From assembly GCA_964035545.1 (NCBI GenBank), contig OZ037768.1, positions 13,339,675-13,403,674 on the forward strand: a stretch of 64,000 nt of DNA. The letters run 5' to 3'. The position numbers were made by a program, and so were the translations under genes. How positions within the stretch are numbered: position 1 is the stretch's first letter; every line of letters starts with the position of its first letter. The notes beneath the pieces are model-generated. The model was not told where the DNA came from. It worked only from the letters and a program-made list of their open reading frames with translations, and searched no databases. This document shows positions 1 to 13,512 of this stretch, piece after piece. The DNA is from Bugula neritina. Its lineage: Eukaryota > Animalia > Bryozoa.

Positions 1-2539
1 AGATAGATGGTGAAAATGTGCTACTAAATTCCTGATTGGTCAAGAATTTGATTGCATATATGCCTATATAACTCTTAATAGGTTAATAATTATTCAAAAT
101 AGTAACAAATTCAACTTTCAATATTATAGACCGGTTTCCAGTCTAACAGATTTAAGCCACTTATGTCGGAACAATCTAATTTTAAACTATGCACCGGCCA
201 ATAAGTGTATATTCTACAAATATTAAGTCTTTAACTGCATTGGGCTCATTTTTTTACAAGTATCAATTTGAGCATTCGTTTGATTTTTTAATTAATTCCA
301 CTGTTATTCACACTGTACTTTTTCACTCCATACTTATCTACTAGCAACTCCATTTCTCTCCGTCGTTAGTTTATACTTTAGCCATTAAGCTGTAGGCCCT
401 ACCCATAAAGTTCGTGAGTACTTTAGCTAGTAAGTGTAGCTTCACAGGTTGTGTAACAGAGGGCTTTCAAATCTACCCCCTCTTTAGAAAGTGGAAACAT
501 AGCACCATGGCCTAAACCTTTTAAAGAAGAACTTTGGCTATTGTAATGCTCTGATTGATATAGCTATCGCCCATGTTAACGGTGTTGTAGGTATATTTTG
601 AGGTTTATAATGTTTATATTTTCAGTGTAGAATATATATAGCATCTGTACATTAAAGTATGACAAATAGGGTGCAAGTGAAACATGGTTATGCAAATTAA
701 TAAATTTTTGTCAAATCAACTTTGGAGATAAAATGTAACAAGGTTATTTATTTATCATCACTAACTGTTTTCATGCTTTATCAGCAGGGTAATGACTTGA
801 GAGTAGTAAAATATTGCTAGCATCTAGCTTTATCTCTGTTTCAGCCAATCAAATTTATTAAAATTTAATTTGTAATGAAGTTCCTCATGATTTTATACCT
901 AATTTGTATATTTTGCAAATTCATCATTTCGAATTCATTTAGATATGCTGCATCCAATAAGATCGTTGGGTTTATTTTTTAGCAAAGGTGATCTAGCAAT
1001 TAGTTAATGAGTAAAGTTTGATTTTTTGTATGTGAATATTGTTGGCAGGTTTCACCACTGCAGGTCATTATGAGCTCCGCAAAATCAAAGATGTGGATGG
1101 AATTTTTTACTTGTTAAAAGAAATCTGAAATTAAAATAATGCTGTCTAAACTCTTTAAAGTTGTGTACTTTTATTTTTCAATCGAATGCTAGCCATATGT
1201 TTTTTTATTTCTTATATTTCTAAACTTCAAAGTAAAAGAAACACAAAACCCTTGGATATAAAAACATAAGATTGGCTTTCATGAGATATCTGTTTATTAG
1301 AAATCAGGGCTATAGTTTCTACGTAATTGGCATTTTAATCTAGGTTATGGCTGACGTTAGCAGAAATACCTGCTTCAATCTGGTTGTTGGTATTTCTTCT
1401 GAGATTGAATGCTGTTGAAAATACAGATTTGTGTTATCCTAAGGATATATTGGTTAAGGGAGCCATATTTTTCACCCATTTCTTGCTCTTCTTCAAAATC
1501 TGTTATTTCATTATTGATAAGCAGTTGATAACAGTAGCTGAAATGTTAGTGTCTTTTGGCATTTCAGTTCCATTGAAATATGTGGACAAAATCCAAGAAT
1601 TTCTATTAAAAATTATACTAGTCCAAGATATTAAAATTGATTTGTCTGATTTTGGAATTTGTGGCACTAGTCAGAGTAGAGAGTGCAGCCCTGATATGTA
1701 TCGTTCAGGACTAAAAGCTTATAGTTTGTACCTTTATATAGTCTTAAGGAATTTCTTCTTGACTTCATACACTATTTAGTGTGTAATGAGACAAAGCAGT
1801 AAAATTCAGGGATGGTGTTTTATCTGTCCCAATCAAAAATTAAAAGGACTTCCTTGCAAGCTGGTTATTTGTTGGTGCTATTTTGAAATAATTTCAAAGT
1901 CATAGGAAGTCTAGCTGTCACAAATTAGATTTAAATTTCATATTTTGATTAAACTTCAAGACTGGAAAGCTCTATCTTCAATCTGTCCATAGAATGAGTG
2001 TAGATTATACCATACCGTCTTGGCCAATAAAATATGTCCTCTTCTACCAAGAGAGCTTGAAGTTGGTAGTATGAATGTTGCACTACACTTAAACTTGCAT
2101 TATTGCTGGTTCTTGCAATTATGCTAATAGTTCATAAAAAAGAAACCCAGTAATAATCACTAGTAAATGAAGGTAGCAGTCTAACGTGTGTTGTCAGCAT
2201 CTTTGATGTGTTGTAATGGAATTTTTATTACATGAGGTAATTTGGCATTAGGCCTGAGCAGAGGTTTGGAGATTTAGCCAGGTTGTAAACCCTACTGGTT
2301 TTAATAAGCTTTGGCTTAAAATATTTCCCTATTACATTATCAATTTAGTTTAAATGCCTATTAGAGTAGATAGAGGCGTATTAAGATATTTAAAAATTCT
2401 AATTTTTGACATGAAAAACATAAATGGTACTTATGTAGATTACTTCAGATTTGTTGAATGTCAATTTTTTTCCTATGTGAATTTTGGTAATCACCATTAT
2501 GTTGCTGTGTTGTTAGCTGTAGATGTTTGTGTATTTCAG

Positions 2540-5500
2540 GCGAAGAGTTTAGAGATGTGGATGCTGACATGTACTCAGATACAAGCAGCATGACTGGTGG
2601 AAGTGCTGTCAGCACAACGCATACCAGATCTACAGGGTCAGTTTACTTATAATTTTTAAATCTGCTTTTAAACTCCTATGCTACTTCAGTTTTAGCTGAG
2701 GTTTTAAAAAGGTTCTGCAACTTTAAATGGTACACTTAAAGGTAGCTGAATATTGCCCGTATTCTAAAATTGATTATCACGATGCACTCAACTCTCTGTC
2801 AGGTAGAATCTGTTCATCTCAAGCATTGTGGTGATAAGAACAACTTATTATCAATAATTTGTAGTGACTGATGATGAAACATGTACATATCTTAGATGTT
2901 ATCTTTATATATTTAATATATTATACTAAAATATCTATAGATTCCAACAGTCGGTATTTCATTTAACAGAAAATTTATGTACATGCCTTTCGGTATCAAA
3001 TTTTTATATAATTTGTCATATTGATAATAATGGCATATAACTTGATTTTTATTGTATAATTGATGAATTATTAGTATATGATGATAGATGTAGTGTATAA
3101 ATACGCTACTATTTATCATTTTAAGATTAGTAAGCAAATGTTATGTCTTGTCACGTTTTGACCACTTTTTTAGTGATTTCCAGATGCTTGGTAACATTAA
3201 ATAAGGAAGCATCTATTAATCTTATCTAAGCTATGTACTACTATTGCATATCATTAGCTTCCCCTGCAATAACTTATACATATTATTATGACTACTCGGC
3301 AACTCTTGATTGTTTGCCAATAGTGATCGGTAATGTCGCAACGTAATATTTTACTTTTAGGCGAACCTCAAAAAATCAAAAGAAAGCTCAGCGAAAAAAG
3401 TGGAGCCTAAAAGAGGGAAGCAAGTTTGAGGACCTGGCTCTGCTGAATGAGATGAAGAAGCTGGTAGAGAGAGTTGACAAACTCAGGGGTAATCATCTCC
3501 TTTGATTTTAAAGTTCCTTTGGGAAACTGCCATAAATTTGCAGACTCTATGGCGTAAAAAGAAAATGTAAATATAATATATGTGTTTACTAATTGTTGTT
3601 TGGTCTTTGAAGTTTCAATAAGGTGTTTATCTCATGGGTGGTTCAATTGAAAAAGTTGCAACTATTAAATTTAGTTGGTTCCCCAGTGGAGGGGTAGTTG
3701 CAACTACCAGCAAGTTGTAATTATCCTAATATCTTTCAACAGGCTGCTTGCACGTTTTCTCATTCCAATGGAAGGAAAAATTTGAGGTTGAGAATTTTAG
3801 CTTTCAGTCCTGTAAGAGAAAATGCTACCACATTTTTTGTTAAGAGAACCTTCAGACCATTTGTATAGTAAAAAGGTTGAAAGCTACTGGTACAGTAAAA
3901 CATGGCCCGTTGCTGTAATTAGTTACTAGACCCTTCTTTTGCTCATATTTTTGTTTTTGAATTCCTATAAGGGTCAGCTAGTCTTTTATAGTTATTAAAT
4001 AGATTTGTTGTAACTATTTCGAATAACCATCAATAAATAGTCAAATACAAGGCCTGGAGTATTTGGTGACACTTAGTAGATTTGTGACTCCAATTTTATG
4101 CTGTCTTGTAAGTAGCTGAAAGTTTATTGTTCAAAATTTTAGATAGTTTTTAAAAATATATGGAAGTTGTTTTCATCCAATCAAATGTAAGCAGTTGATC
4201 ACACTAAATCTTTTTAATTATAATCAAAATGTTTATAAAAAAACTTGCTTTATAGCAGTATATATTACTCACAGCTGCTATTTGGTATTGAGATATCCAA
4301 ATGGTTAGAAAAACTGAAACTATGGCAAAGTTGTAAGCTATTTGAAGTTCAATTCTTTTTCATTTAAAGCCAGCCACTTTTAATCAATGTATCACAGATT
4401 TTGCACTGCGGACTTTTGCATTTTACGCTGTAGCATTTTTCAATATCTGTAATTCAAAACAAGTATTGTTTAGCTGTTGGTAAGAAAAGTATGATGATGA
4501 GAAAAGTTGGAAGTTATAATAAAAAACCGAACAGCTAAAACGTAAACTTGTTATTGTTGTTATTGTTATAAACTTCAACAAATTAAAATGTAGGAGTTGC
4601 TTAAATTTTAATTTTATGTAAATATTTTATATTAAAATTCAAAATAAGTTATACCTGTTCTTTCATTAGAAAGAAAGTAATATACTACACCAAATTTACT
4701 GGCACATTCACTCGCAACTTCTAGTAGCTAGTTTATATAGAGTTATCTTTATGGCGGCTGTTCTTATTCTTTAAAATATAGATTGTATAGGAGTTCTAAA
4801 ATTACATATCCTTATATTATATGTCTTACAAAACTGTCGGGTGTTTCTCTCTATACAGTACATGCTGTCATTGCTTTGTGATTAAATTAATCGGGTAAAC
4901 AAATGTTCAAAAATTTGGTCCAAGCAGCAGGTTTAAGAATAAAAAAATTACTAGAAGCTTTATTAAAATGAGTTTAAAGGAGTTGAAGAACTTTCTTAAT
5001 TAACATATATTCACTTATATTTCATCTATGCATAACCGCTGTTAATATCTTTATAATGTGACAAATATATACACCTACTTACTTGCTAGGTTTTTGTGGT
5101 CTTAACTACTTTTTTTCTATTTAGAAGCTTTCCTGTAATTGGGAGGGTACGCTAACGATAATTGGTTTGGCTCAAGTCACAGGCGATCTTTTGTTTTTGC
5201 GGTTTCAACACCCACGTTTGTTAGCTTCACTTCAACACAAGTATTTTTGTTCAGTTTTTTTTCAAACGAGAAATCTTTTTTGTAATTTTCAAGCTTCAAG
5301 CTTTTTCTTATTTTGCCGTAAACTCCAAGATATTGTTTTCTGTTAGTCAGTAGTCATTGCAAATTGCATTTAACTATTTTCAGATTTGATTCAACTCTTT
5401 CTTCTTAATAAATAGTCATGTAAAATCAAATAGCTTTCCCTTTGTTTGGCTCTTTCAAGGCCTACCTTTTTGAAGTTTTATTGCCGCTATAAATTAAAAG

Positions 5501-8500
5501 TGGATCAATCTAGCATTTTCTGGTAGATCCTCATCTAAACTATATTTCAACACCTTCTGAGACTTTCTACCCAACTTCAATCTACAAACAGAAAAATTCC
5601 CTTCATGTAACCACTATTTTTTTGCAATAAAAATATTTATTTTTTGTTTTCATGTGTGAAAGAAATTCGAAGTTTCATGGGCTTACATAACCACAAATTG
5701 ATTTGTGCAATCTCACTGCCAGTGCTTTCACCCTAGTTGAGTAATAACCTAATGCGCCAGCTAATTGAGGCTACATAATTGCTGTATTGGACAAGAGCAA
5801 TCAACATAACATTATCTGATCAATTATCAATAATCTAATCTTGTATTTAATCAAACAAAGACTTATTAAGCAAATATATTCATATTCGGAGATAATGTTC
5901 AATTTAGTATTCTTCCCAATGTACAAGCTATTTCCTAATTAAATATGTATGAAAAAAGTGAAATTGCCTAACCACATAATGTCTGGCATTGATTACTTTA
6001 ATAGGTATTAAAATACAACATGAATCTACTGCATTATATGCTAATATATTATACAGTCTGCCTCTGCTAATGTATTACCAATTGAAGAAGTATTTCCTTG
6101 CACATGACTGATCAGTAATTGGTCACCCATCTCTGTTATTGTCTCACATTTTACATAACATTTATTATAATTAACGTAGACTACTAATTCACTAATACGA
6201 CATGTTAGATTTCCTTTTGCTTATTTTTAAATTATGTGGGAATTCTTTCCAAATGTAAATGTTGTTGCGCTTTCCTTTTCACTGTCCCTGCCAACAGCTG
6301 AATTTATTGAAACCGTTGCGATGGCCAGTAGTTAGACAGAAATGCTCTTAGACTTCACCATACATGCAGTAATTATTTTATGGTGGTTATGATTTGAACT
6401 GCTACGTAGTATGTGTACATGATATCTCTCCATCATCTTTACTATTTAGAAATATGCTTCTTGAGACTTTCTAACCTTCTAAACACTTCCTTTGAAATGA
6501 TCTCAAGTATTTCTTATTGCTCTCCGAGTTTAAATTGTAGCTGCTTAAGTTAAAGATTAGAAGATGCCTGTTACAAGTGTTTTGTCATATTCAACAATCA
6601 CTTTCTTGAAACTGATTGCCAATATTCTGCTTACAAAACATTTGAATCACGGTATAAAGTCAAGTACAAGCATGTTTTATTTGCTTTTGGGGGAAAAGGT
6701 CAAGAATTAGAAAAAGGCGTTAAATTTTGTAAATTCATGATGGTGTCGGATCAATGCAATTGTTTTATGGTTTTGAAAAGCTGATTAGTGGATGCCAGCA
6801 TGATTAAGTTGTTCCAAGTGTTCAACATTACAAACGATGAAAAATAATTACTTGTTCATCTTACAGTAAGTACACTTGCAGTTCTTGGAGCTCTTTTGTT
6901 AAGTGAAAATATTAACAGCTTGCAAGTTGATTGATTCTACTTCTATCTGATAAACTACAATAAGTTCTGAAATCAGTGTACTACAAACAAATATTTATAT
7001 ATATAAAGTGTAAAAATGTCACTATAGTTTAAATAAGTTATTTTGTGCATTAATAGAAGTTAAAATAAAATTTCCAGGTTTTAGCGCTGCTCTAAGAAAA
7101 TGTAAACACGGCCTTGCCAATAGAATCTGCAGCTTTAAGTTACTGTACAACCCCAACAGCTACTGTGCAACCCCAACAGTTACTGTATAACCCCAACAGT
7201 TACTGTATAACCTCAGCAGTTACTGTATAACCTCAACAACTACTGTACCACCCTAACAGTTACTGCAGAACCTCAACAACTACTGTACCACCCCAACAGT
7301 TACTGCCAAACATCAACGCAGCTCAAGATATTTTCAAGGTTAAATTTTTAAAAATGGTTAAACCTTTTTTTGCAGTTGTGCAATTAAAAGAAGTTGTATA
7401 GCAAATAGATGGTAATAACCAAAATATTTGCATTGTCAGTTTCTACTAACCACATAAATGTAGCAGGCACAGCTCATCTATAAATACATGCATAATTACT
7501 CACACATAGCATGTTTTACCAGCACTGAATGTGTTACAGTTTTATGTGATTAACATACAATTTAAGGTGTTTTTAGCTCAAAGATAATTTAGTAAGTTGA
7601 GTCTGGTTGCTATGCATAAATGGCATTGGCAAAGTGTCGCCTACATAATTGTATTGCCTTTGGTGTTGATTTTTTTGTACAGCTAATTCCTAGGGACACC
7701 TAATGAATTTTCAAATCAAATATGCATAGCTTAGTTGTTGTTGGGCCTAATATTATTTAATTTATTCCTAAATAACACTCACTTTGCCCAAACACTTGAG
7801 TATTTGATGGTACAAGTCTTCAAAATATTCAATTTCTGCAGATGTTTGTTTTCCTCGGGGAGCAACCCATGAATGTACAATTAACTTGAATGTTAGCAGA
7901 CAAACTATTTCAGTTTTAATTAATTCTCTTTTATGAATTGTAAAGATTTGCATTGAATGGTTTTAGATGAGGTGAGATCACTTCTGCTAGCCATGGTCAA
8001 GGTTGACCAGCTGCAGGCGGCTGCACAACTCCAGGAGGTCTACTCAAACGCACTCTCATCCACCATAGCCTTGCTTCCCCAAGTCTGGTCTTCCGAGGTG
8101 GTCAATTCTTCAGCTCAGGTCAGTTCAATTTAGAAAGTTAGTTGTTAGTTTTATTTTATATTCATGCATGTAGAAGGTTTTTTTTTATGAAATTGAAGAA
8201 ATCTTGTAGATTGCATGGAAGATATGTGATGCTGGAGCTCTCATGCAGTCAGCCATTGTTGATACTGCATTTAATTTATTATACAGAACTGTCAATACTT
8301 CAGCTATTATTACTCTGTAGCTGATATTCTAATTGCCTACATAAATTAATGATATGAATTTAATAAATGAACTATTCATGTACTCGCACTCTTCTTAGTA
8401 ATTAATGCTAAAATAATTGTGTCATCTATACTATCGTAAATACAAGATTTTGTATATTTTTAGATTATGATAAGTAATTTCTGACAAGGAAATGTTTAGA

Positions 8501-9988
8501 TAGTTGACAATAGCTCGATTAAACGTAATAATATTTTTTAAGGATGCATACAGCTTGCTAAGCCTAGTTGTGTCATGTTGTACGCCGAGTTGGCGAATCA
8601 CTCGTGTGACTAATCAGCTGAGATATTATTATATCTTTTCTGTGACTTCCATGATGGAATATTGATATTTATGCATCTATACCGCATCACGTAATATAAT
8701 ATTTTGTTAATCCATAAATAAGCATAAAGTATACTTTCATGTGGATTAGCTGTGTAAGCCTGACACAAATGGCTTCACTTTTCTCATCAATTCTGTATTT
8801 GGAATTAAGCTGATAAGAAAACCTTCTCGCCACTAGCAATTAATTGACAAAACGTTACCTATATAATTTATGAAGGCAGTGTGCAGGTAAAACTGACCGG
8901 CCATCGCCCACATCATCAGTTGCAGAGCCCTCGAGGGCTTTATCCTCGTCTATCCTTACAGTATCACATGCAATCAGTTGAAGGTGATGCCCCATAATTA
9001 TAGGAACACTTGTAATCTCTTGTATGGTGTTATAATTATGTTGTGTTGCAGCTAACTGGAGAGAACAGTACTGTCAACAGTATTCTTGAGTCAATGGCTA
9101 AACTCAACATTTCCAACTCAACTTCCAATGCTACAGCCTCCGCTGCAGGTAACACTCCCTCTGCATCAGCACAACTGGTGCACATATTTTGCTTACATCA
9201 TACTTTTTAGTCAAAAGTATGTTTTAAAACATACTGGAGAAATGTACAGGTGGACTAGGGAGTAACTAGTGGGTAAATCCTGACCACCTCTTAGCAGATT
9301 GTCCTCTCCTTCACCTCAAACACAGCCGCTTTTTATTATCAAATGGCCACATTATTTCTTATCTGGTTTTTTTAAAAAAAGTTTATGCTTATATTTTGTA
9401 TTTTTTGTGTAAACATGGATCAACACCCAAGTATAATTAATGGGTGTATTCTGTGTGCTTTATGATGTGTTTATAATAGCAGATGCAGTGTTGGTTGCCA
9501 TGATACAATAACATAAATATATTTTCATATTTCCACAGCTATTTTTGCAACAGTTCTTAGCCAACCAATGCTAATTGCTTCTGGTAGACATTTTCAAGTA
9601 AATATGTCTGACAAATATTCACCTTTTTGCTCAGACATATCATAATATGTTGTAATTTATAATATTGCAGTATAAGTTATAGTCTTTTATGCGTTATTTA
9701 TGTCATGTGTTATAAGATTGTGTTAAAGCCTGCAGTAGATAAACATATTTAGTTTTATAATATTCAGTTATAAATTAGTAGTTAATTATCATATTGGGGG
9801 GATAATTTCTCAAACTGCTATTCACAGCAGCATGCAATATCTTCTTCTATGACAGCATATATCAGCCCCCTCTGTCTGTGCACCCTCCTGATAAATATGT
9901 TTTGTTTGTAGAGTTGGAAGTGAAGAGGGCCCCCATAATCTCATCAGATTCTACCTGGAAGTTATCCCTGTTGCAGAAGCTGATGTGA
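2540..9988 (+). CDS. ELP1: Elongator complex protein 1, 3' part (5 exons: 2540-2636, 3361-3488, 7967-8118, 9052-9148, 9912-9988); 5' exons not found in window
   Basis: Phase-consistent GT-AG exons translate as DADMYSDTSSMTGGS...STGRTSKNQKKAQRKKWSLKEGSKFEDLALL...DEVRSLL...APIISSDSTWKLSLLQKLM*. The basic R(S/T)SKN..RKK.SLKEGS..EDLALL region and the terminal WKLSLL are hallmarks of ELP1/IKBKAP. Confidence 0.95.
7138..7306. repeat. 20-bp minisatellite (about 8 copies) in an ELP1 intron
   Basis: Tandem units of consensus TACTGTAYAACCYCAACAGT. Confidence 0.95.
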
Positions 9989-11316
9989 TACCTGGTGTGA
10001 AGGCTTATAGATGTACACCCTATGTAATATCCATTAATTTGTACCCTGACAGTGCAATACTCTGTTGATGACTTCTTTATGACCAGTTCTTCAGAATTAG
10101 CCTCTGCATTGAATTATTCAGGGGTTTAGTCTTTACATATGTAGAGCCTGTGTGAAGAACCTACAAATAACAGTATCTTCTGCATTCTAATGACTACTTT
10201 CGGTCCCTTGACCTGATTAGCATGTATATTAAGCTCTTCAACCCACGAATGCCATCTTTCATCCCATCTAAAATCTATTAACTGTTTAGGAAACATAAAC
10301 AAGACAACAATGACCATAAGTAATTAGAAAGTGCCAAGAGTTTGTTGCATGGTTCACCTGTCATATGCAAATAGAGTGATTCTGTATGCTGATGGCTGGT
10401 TACAAACAGTTTGGTCTCTTCACCTTCCCCTATACAAACATGAATCATGTCTCTCACCAGCTTGTGACTGGTGGTACAGAGAACCAAGGCATCGGTTCCT
10501 AGTTGACTCATGCCGCTTAGGTTGTCCAAATCCTTCGAGAAGTTGTTAGCTTTTATCTTCTCTATTTACTCATTATTAATGATAGTTTTCATCAATTTGT
10601 TGAGAAATAGAAAGGAAATTGTGTAACTCATTTTATTGTGGGCTGAAAGAAATAAGGACATCATTAACTAAAGTTCATTATTGATCTATTGATCTTTTTT
10701 GATGTCACCTGTATTTATATAATTACATTCTCTTATGTCAAGTACAAGATTTATGCCTGTAAACAGCAAGGTGCTAGATAGAGAGTTTCATGATCACACC
10801 TGGTCAAAGATTTTATTGTTTGTTATCATTGGGAGTTATTTTTGTACTGGTGATGTAAAATAGTTTGTCAGCTTTAGTTTATGTGAGAAATACAATAAAT
10901 TCTGTTGTCTATCCGGACAAAAGCTGAGTAGTTTCTCTTAGATGTAAAAGATATTTAATGGCTGGACTACCAACATGTTACCTTAGAATACATTGCATCA
11001 AATATATCTTTCACTTGTAAACTAATGGGAAATTTGTATCTCAGGTTTGAATATTATTGATTTCTCATACTTGTCACTAGTTGTAGTCAAATAAACACAA
11101 CAAAAGATTTAGTTGGTCGGAATTTTCTCTTCCTAGCAAATGACCATTAATACTCAAACTCGGCAAAGAAAGTGTCTGCTATGTAATCATGTAGTAAAAA
11201 TAATATAATTGTTGATAAACCTTCAAAATATATCGAACCATGTTCGAAATTCATCAGGAACTCTTCTACTAAAAGACACCTGTACTTAGAGTAATAAATC
11301 TAACTGTTAACAACCA

Positions 11317-11520
11317 TGTTTACCACTTAGTGTTATCTATAAAATCAAGAAGGTCAATATGAACTTAACCGTATTTTCATCTCGACGCATGCTTTATTTA
11401 GCAATATGCTTTTGATCGCAATTAGTGAGCGCAACTTGTCAACATATTCTTGCAGAGGCACGGTTGATTAAGCACCAGAATGGGCGGACTAACCATGGTA
11501 AACAGATGTGGTTTAAAAGT
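11317..11520 (+). promoter_or_regulatory. Candidate FoxB proximal promoter elements
   Basis: Forkhead consensus TGTTTAC at 11317-11323 and GTAAACA at 11498-11504, GC box TGGGCGGAC at 11481-11489, and TTTAAAA about 100 bp upstream of the ATG. Motif matches only. Confidence 0.3.
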
Positions 11521-11614
11521 GCGAAATTTATTAAGACTGGCATATCTTCTCTAGCTCGCAAACTGCAAGGACTACTGGATTACTTTGTCAATATTTTAAC
11601 AACTATCAATCAAT

Positions 11615-12637
11615 ATGCCTCGTCCTGGCAGAAGTTCCTATGTAACTGGTAAACCTCCGTACTCCTACATTGCATTGACTGCCATGGCTATTCAAAGTTC
11701 GGAAGAAAAAATGCTACCATTATCTGGAATTTACAAGTGGATAATGGAAAACTTTCCCTACTACAGAGAAAACACTCAAAGATGGCAAAATTCTTTGCGA
11801 CACAACCTTTCTTTCAACGACTGCTTTATCAAGATCCAGAGAAAGTCAACTGGCAAAGGTAAGCTTGCTGTTCCATCAGTTTGTGGAATAATAATGTATT
11901 TATTCTTCTATACTGATGCAACTCAGTTTTTTCCAAGTTGAAGGTAAAGCTTACTACACAATATTGACCAACAAAGTTATAGCAAGTTTTTAATATTTTT
12001 AGGAAAAGGATGTTATTGGGCTCTTCATACAAATTGCTCAACGATGTTTGAAAATGGCTCATTTTTGCGACGCAGAAAAAGATTTAAGCTGGAGGAAGGT
12101 TTAGAAGGAAACACCAAATCTGTATCAGGCAGCAGTATAGAGAAACCAGGGCAAATTGAGAATTTACCAAAGCCTGTGAACAATTTCAACAGACCGCGTT
12201 TAGACAGTCAATCATACTCACCACGCTCATCAACTTCAGTTTCTCCTCCTGCTATGCCACCATGCTCAACATATAGTGCATTAGCTATGACAGCTCCCAC
12301 TTTGGACAATCCACTGTTCAACAGAACATCTCCTAGCATGGCGGCAGCCTACTCATCCCTGATGATGCAATACGCATTGCCTTATCTTTTCCCACTTCCA
12401 TCAATGGCTCTTCCTGCATCTTACATTGATCCTAGACTGGCTTCAGAGTATGCCAATCTCTTGAAAAAGCAGCAAGAATATCAACAAGTAATCAAACCAG
12501 AAACTACGAGTGACTGCGAGTCATATGGTGACAGATCTTCGCCAGCTGTTTCTATATCAGCATCATCACCAAGTTCTGAACCTGACTGTTTTATTGTACC
12601 ACAAGATCAAGCCTTAGACTTGAGTTCTAAGCATTAA
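11615..12637 (+). CDS. FoxB: Forkhead box B transcription factor (exons 11615-11858 and 12003-12637)
   Basis: [33 protein letters not shown]...[23 protein letters not shown] is FoxB-type. A 144-nt phase-1 intron (gtaagc...tttttag) joins it to GKGCYWALH...[15 protein letters not shown]. Confidence 0.95.
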
Positions 12638-13512
12638 TATCTTTATTGTTTTTTAATCAGATGCTTACATTATGCCTTTTTCTTATTGTGTTTTGTACAT
12701 GAAGCTATTATCAGCCGGACTGATGAGCAAATAGTTATCATAGACAGTAATATGATATTTATAGACAGATAGTTAACTTATAAATCAGAATTTAATTTAT
12801 TTATATTTTATAGTTATAACATTTATCAGTTTGTAGATAATGTACATTATATATTCGTAACGAACTGTAGATCGTAGATCATGTATAAATGAATATATTA
12901 AATCACTCAATAATTTCATATGACTATTACTGCAGTATCGGCTTTAGTACATCTAGTAGCTTACACTATATGAGTTTGTCAATTATATAATAATTACCAA
13001 TGTCATATACAAAATACATTTTCATCGTAAAAATAATATTATGATGAAATTTCCAAAGCATTAAACATTGCCCACTTAGTACTTATAATAATTAATGACA
13101 GTTGAGTAAGCACAACAAGTGAAAGATTTAGTTTGCTAAAATATCTTTTTCTCTAAAAAATGGCCATTAGGGCTCATGAATCTAGCAAGAAAAATGCCTA
13201 TTTCATTATGATGTAATAACAGGGATAGAATTATTGCAAAAAAGTTAAAATGGCCAAATAACTAATTGCAACAACCAATTATAATCATTAATACTTGTAA
13301 ATACGCATAAAGTTATCTTCACATTGCTAGTTGTATGGTATAGTTCAAAACCTACACTTGCAAATAAGCTCTTTGTTTTCGGAGACAAGTTTTATTTTTG
13401 CTGCTCACATCTTTTCAGAAAATAATCAAATAGATGTGTGATACGTAAAATATGGATATAGATATTTAAATATTATCTTCTCTTGCTTATTTGAAACCAG
13501 AGAATGCAACTC

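Noticed and set aside
1384-1779. 131-aa plus-strand ORF
   Set aside because: It starts at TTG, has no recognisable motif and lies upstream of the first identified ELP1 exon (presumably intronic); likely chance or the antisense shadow of a decayed repeat.
5100-6900. Possible very old DNA-transposon relic in the long ELP1 intron
   Set aside because: No diagnostic motif or termini could be reconstructed.
7138-7306. CRISPR-like periodicity
   Set aside because: Contiguous tandem units without unique spacers, in a eukaryotic intron; it is a minisatellite.
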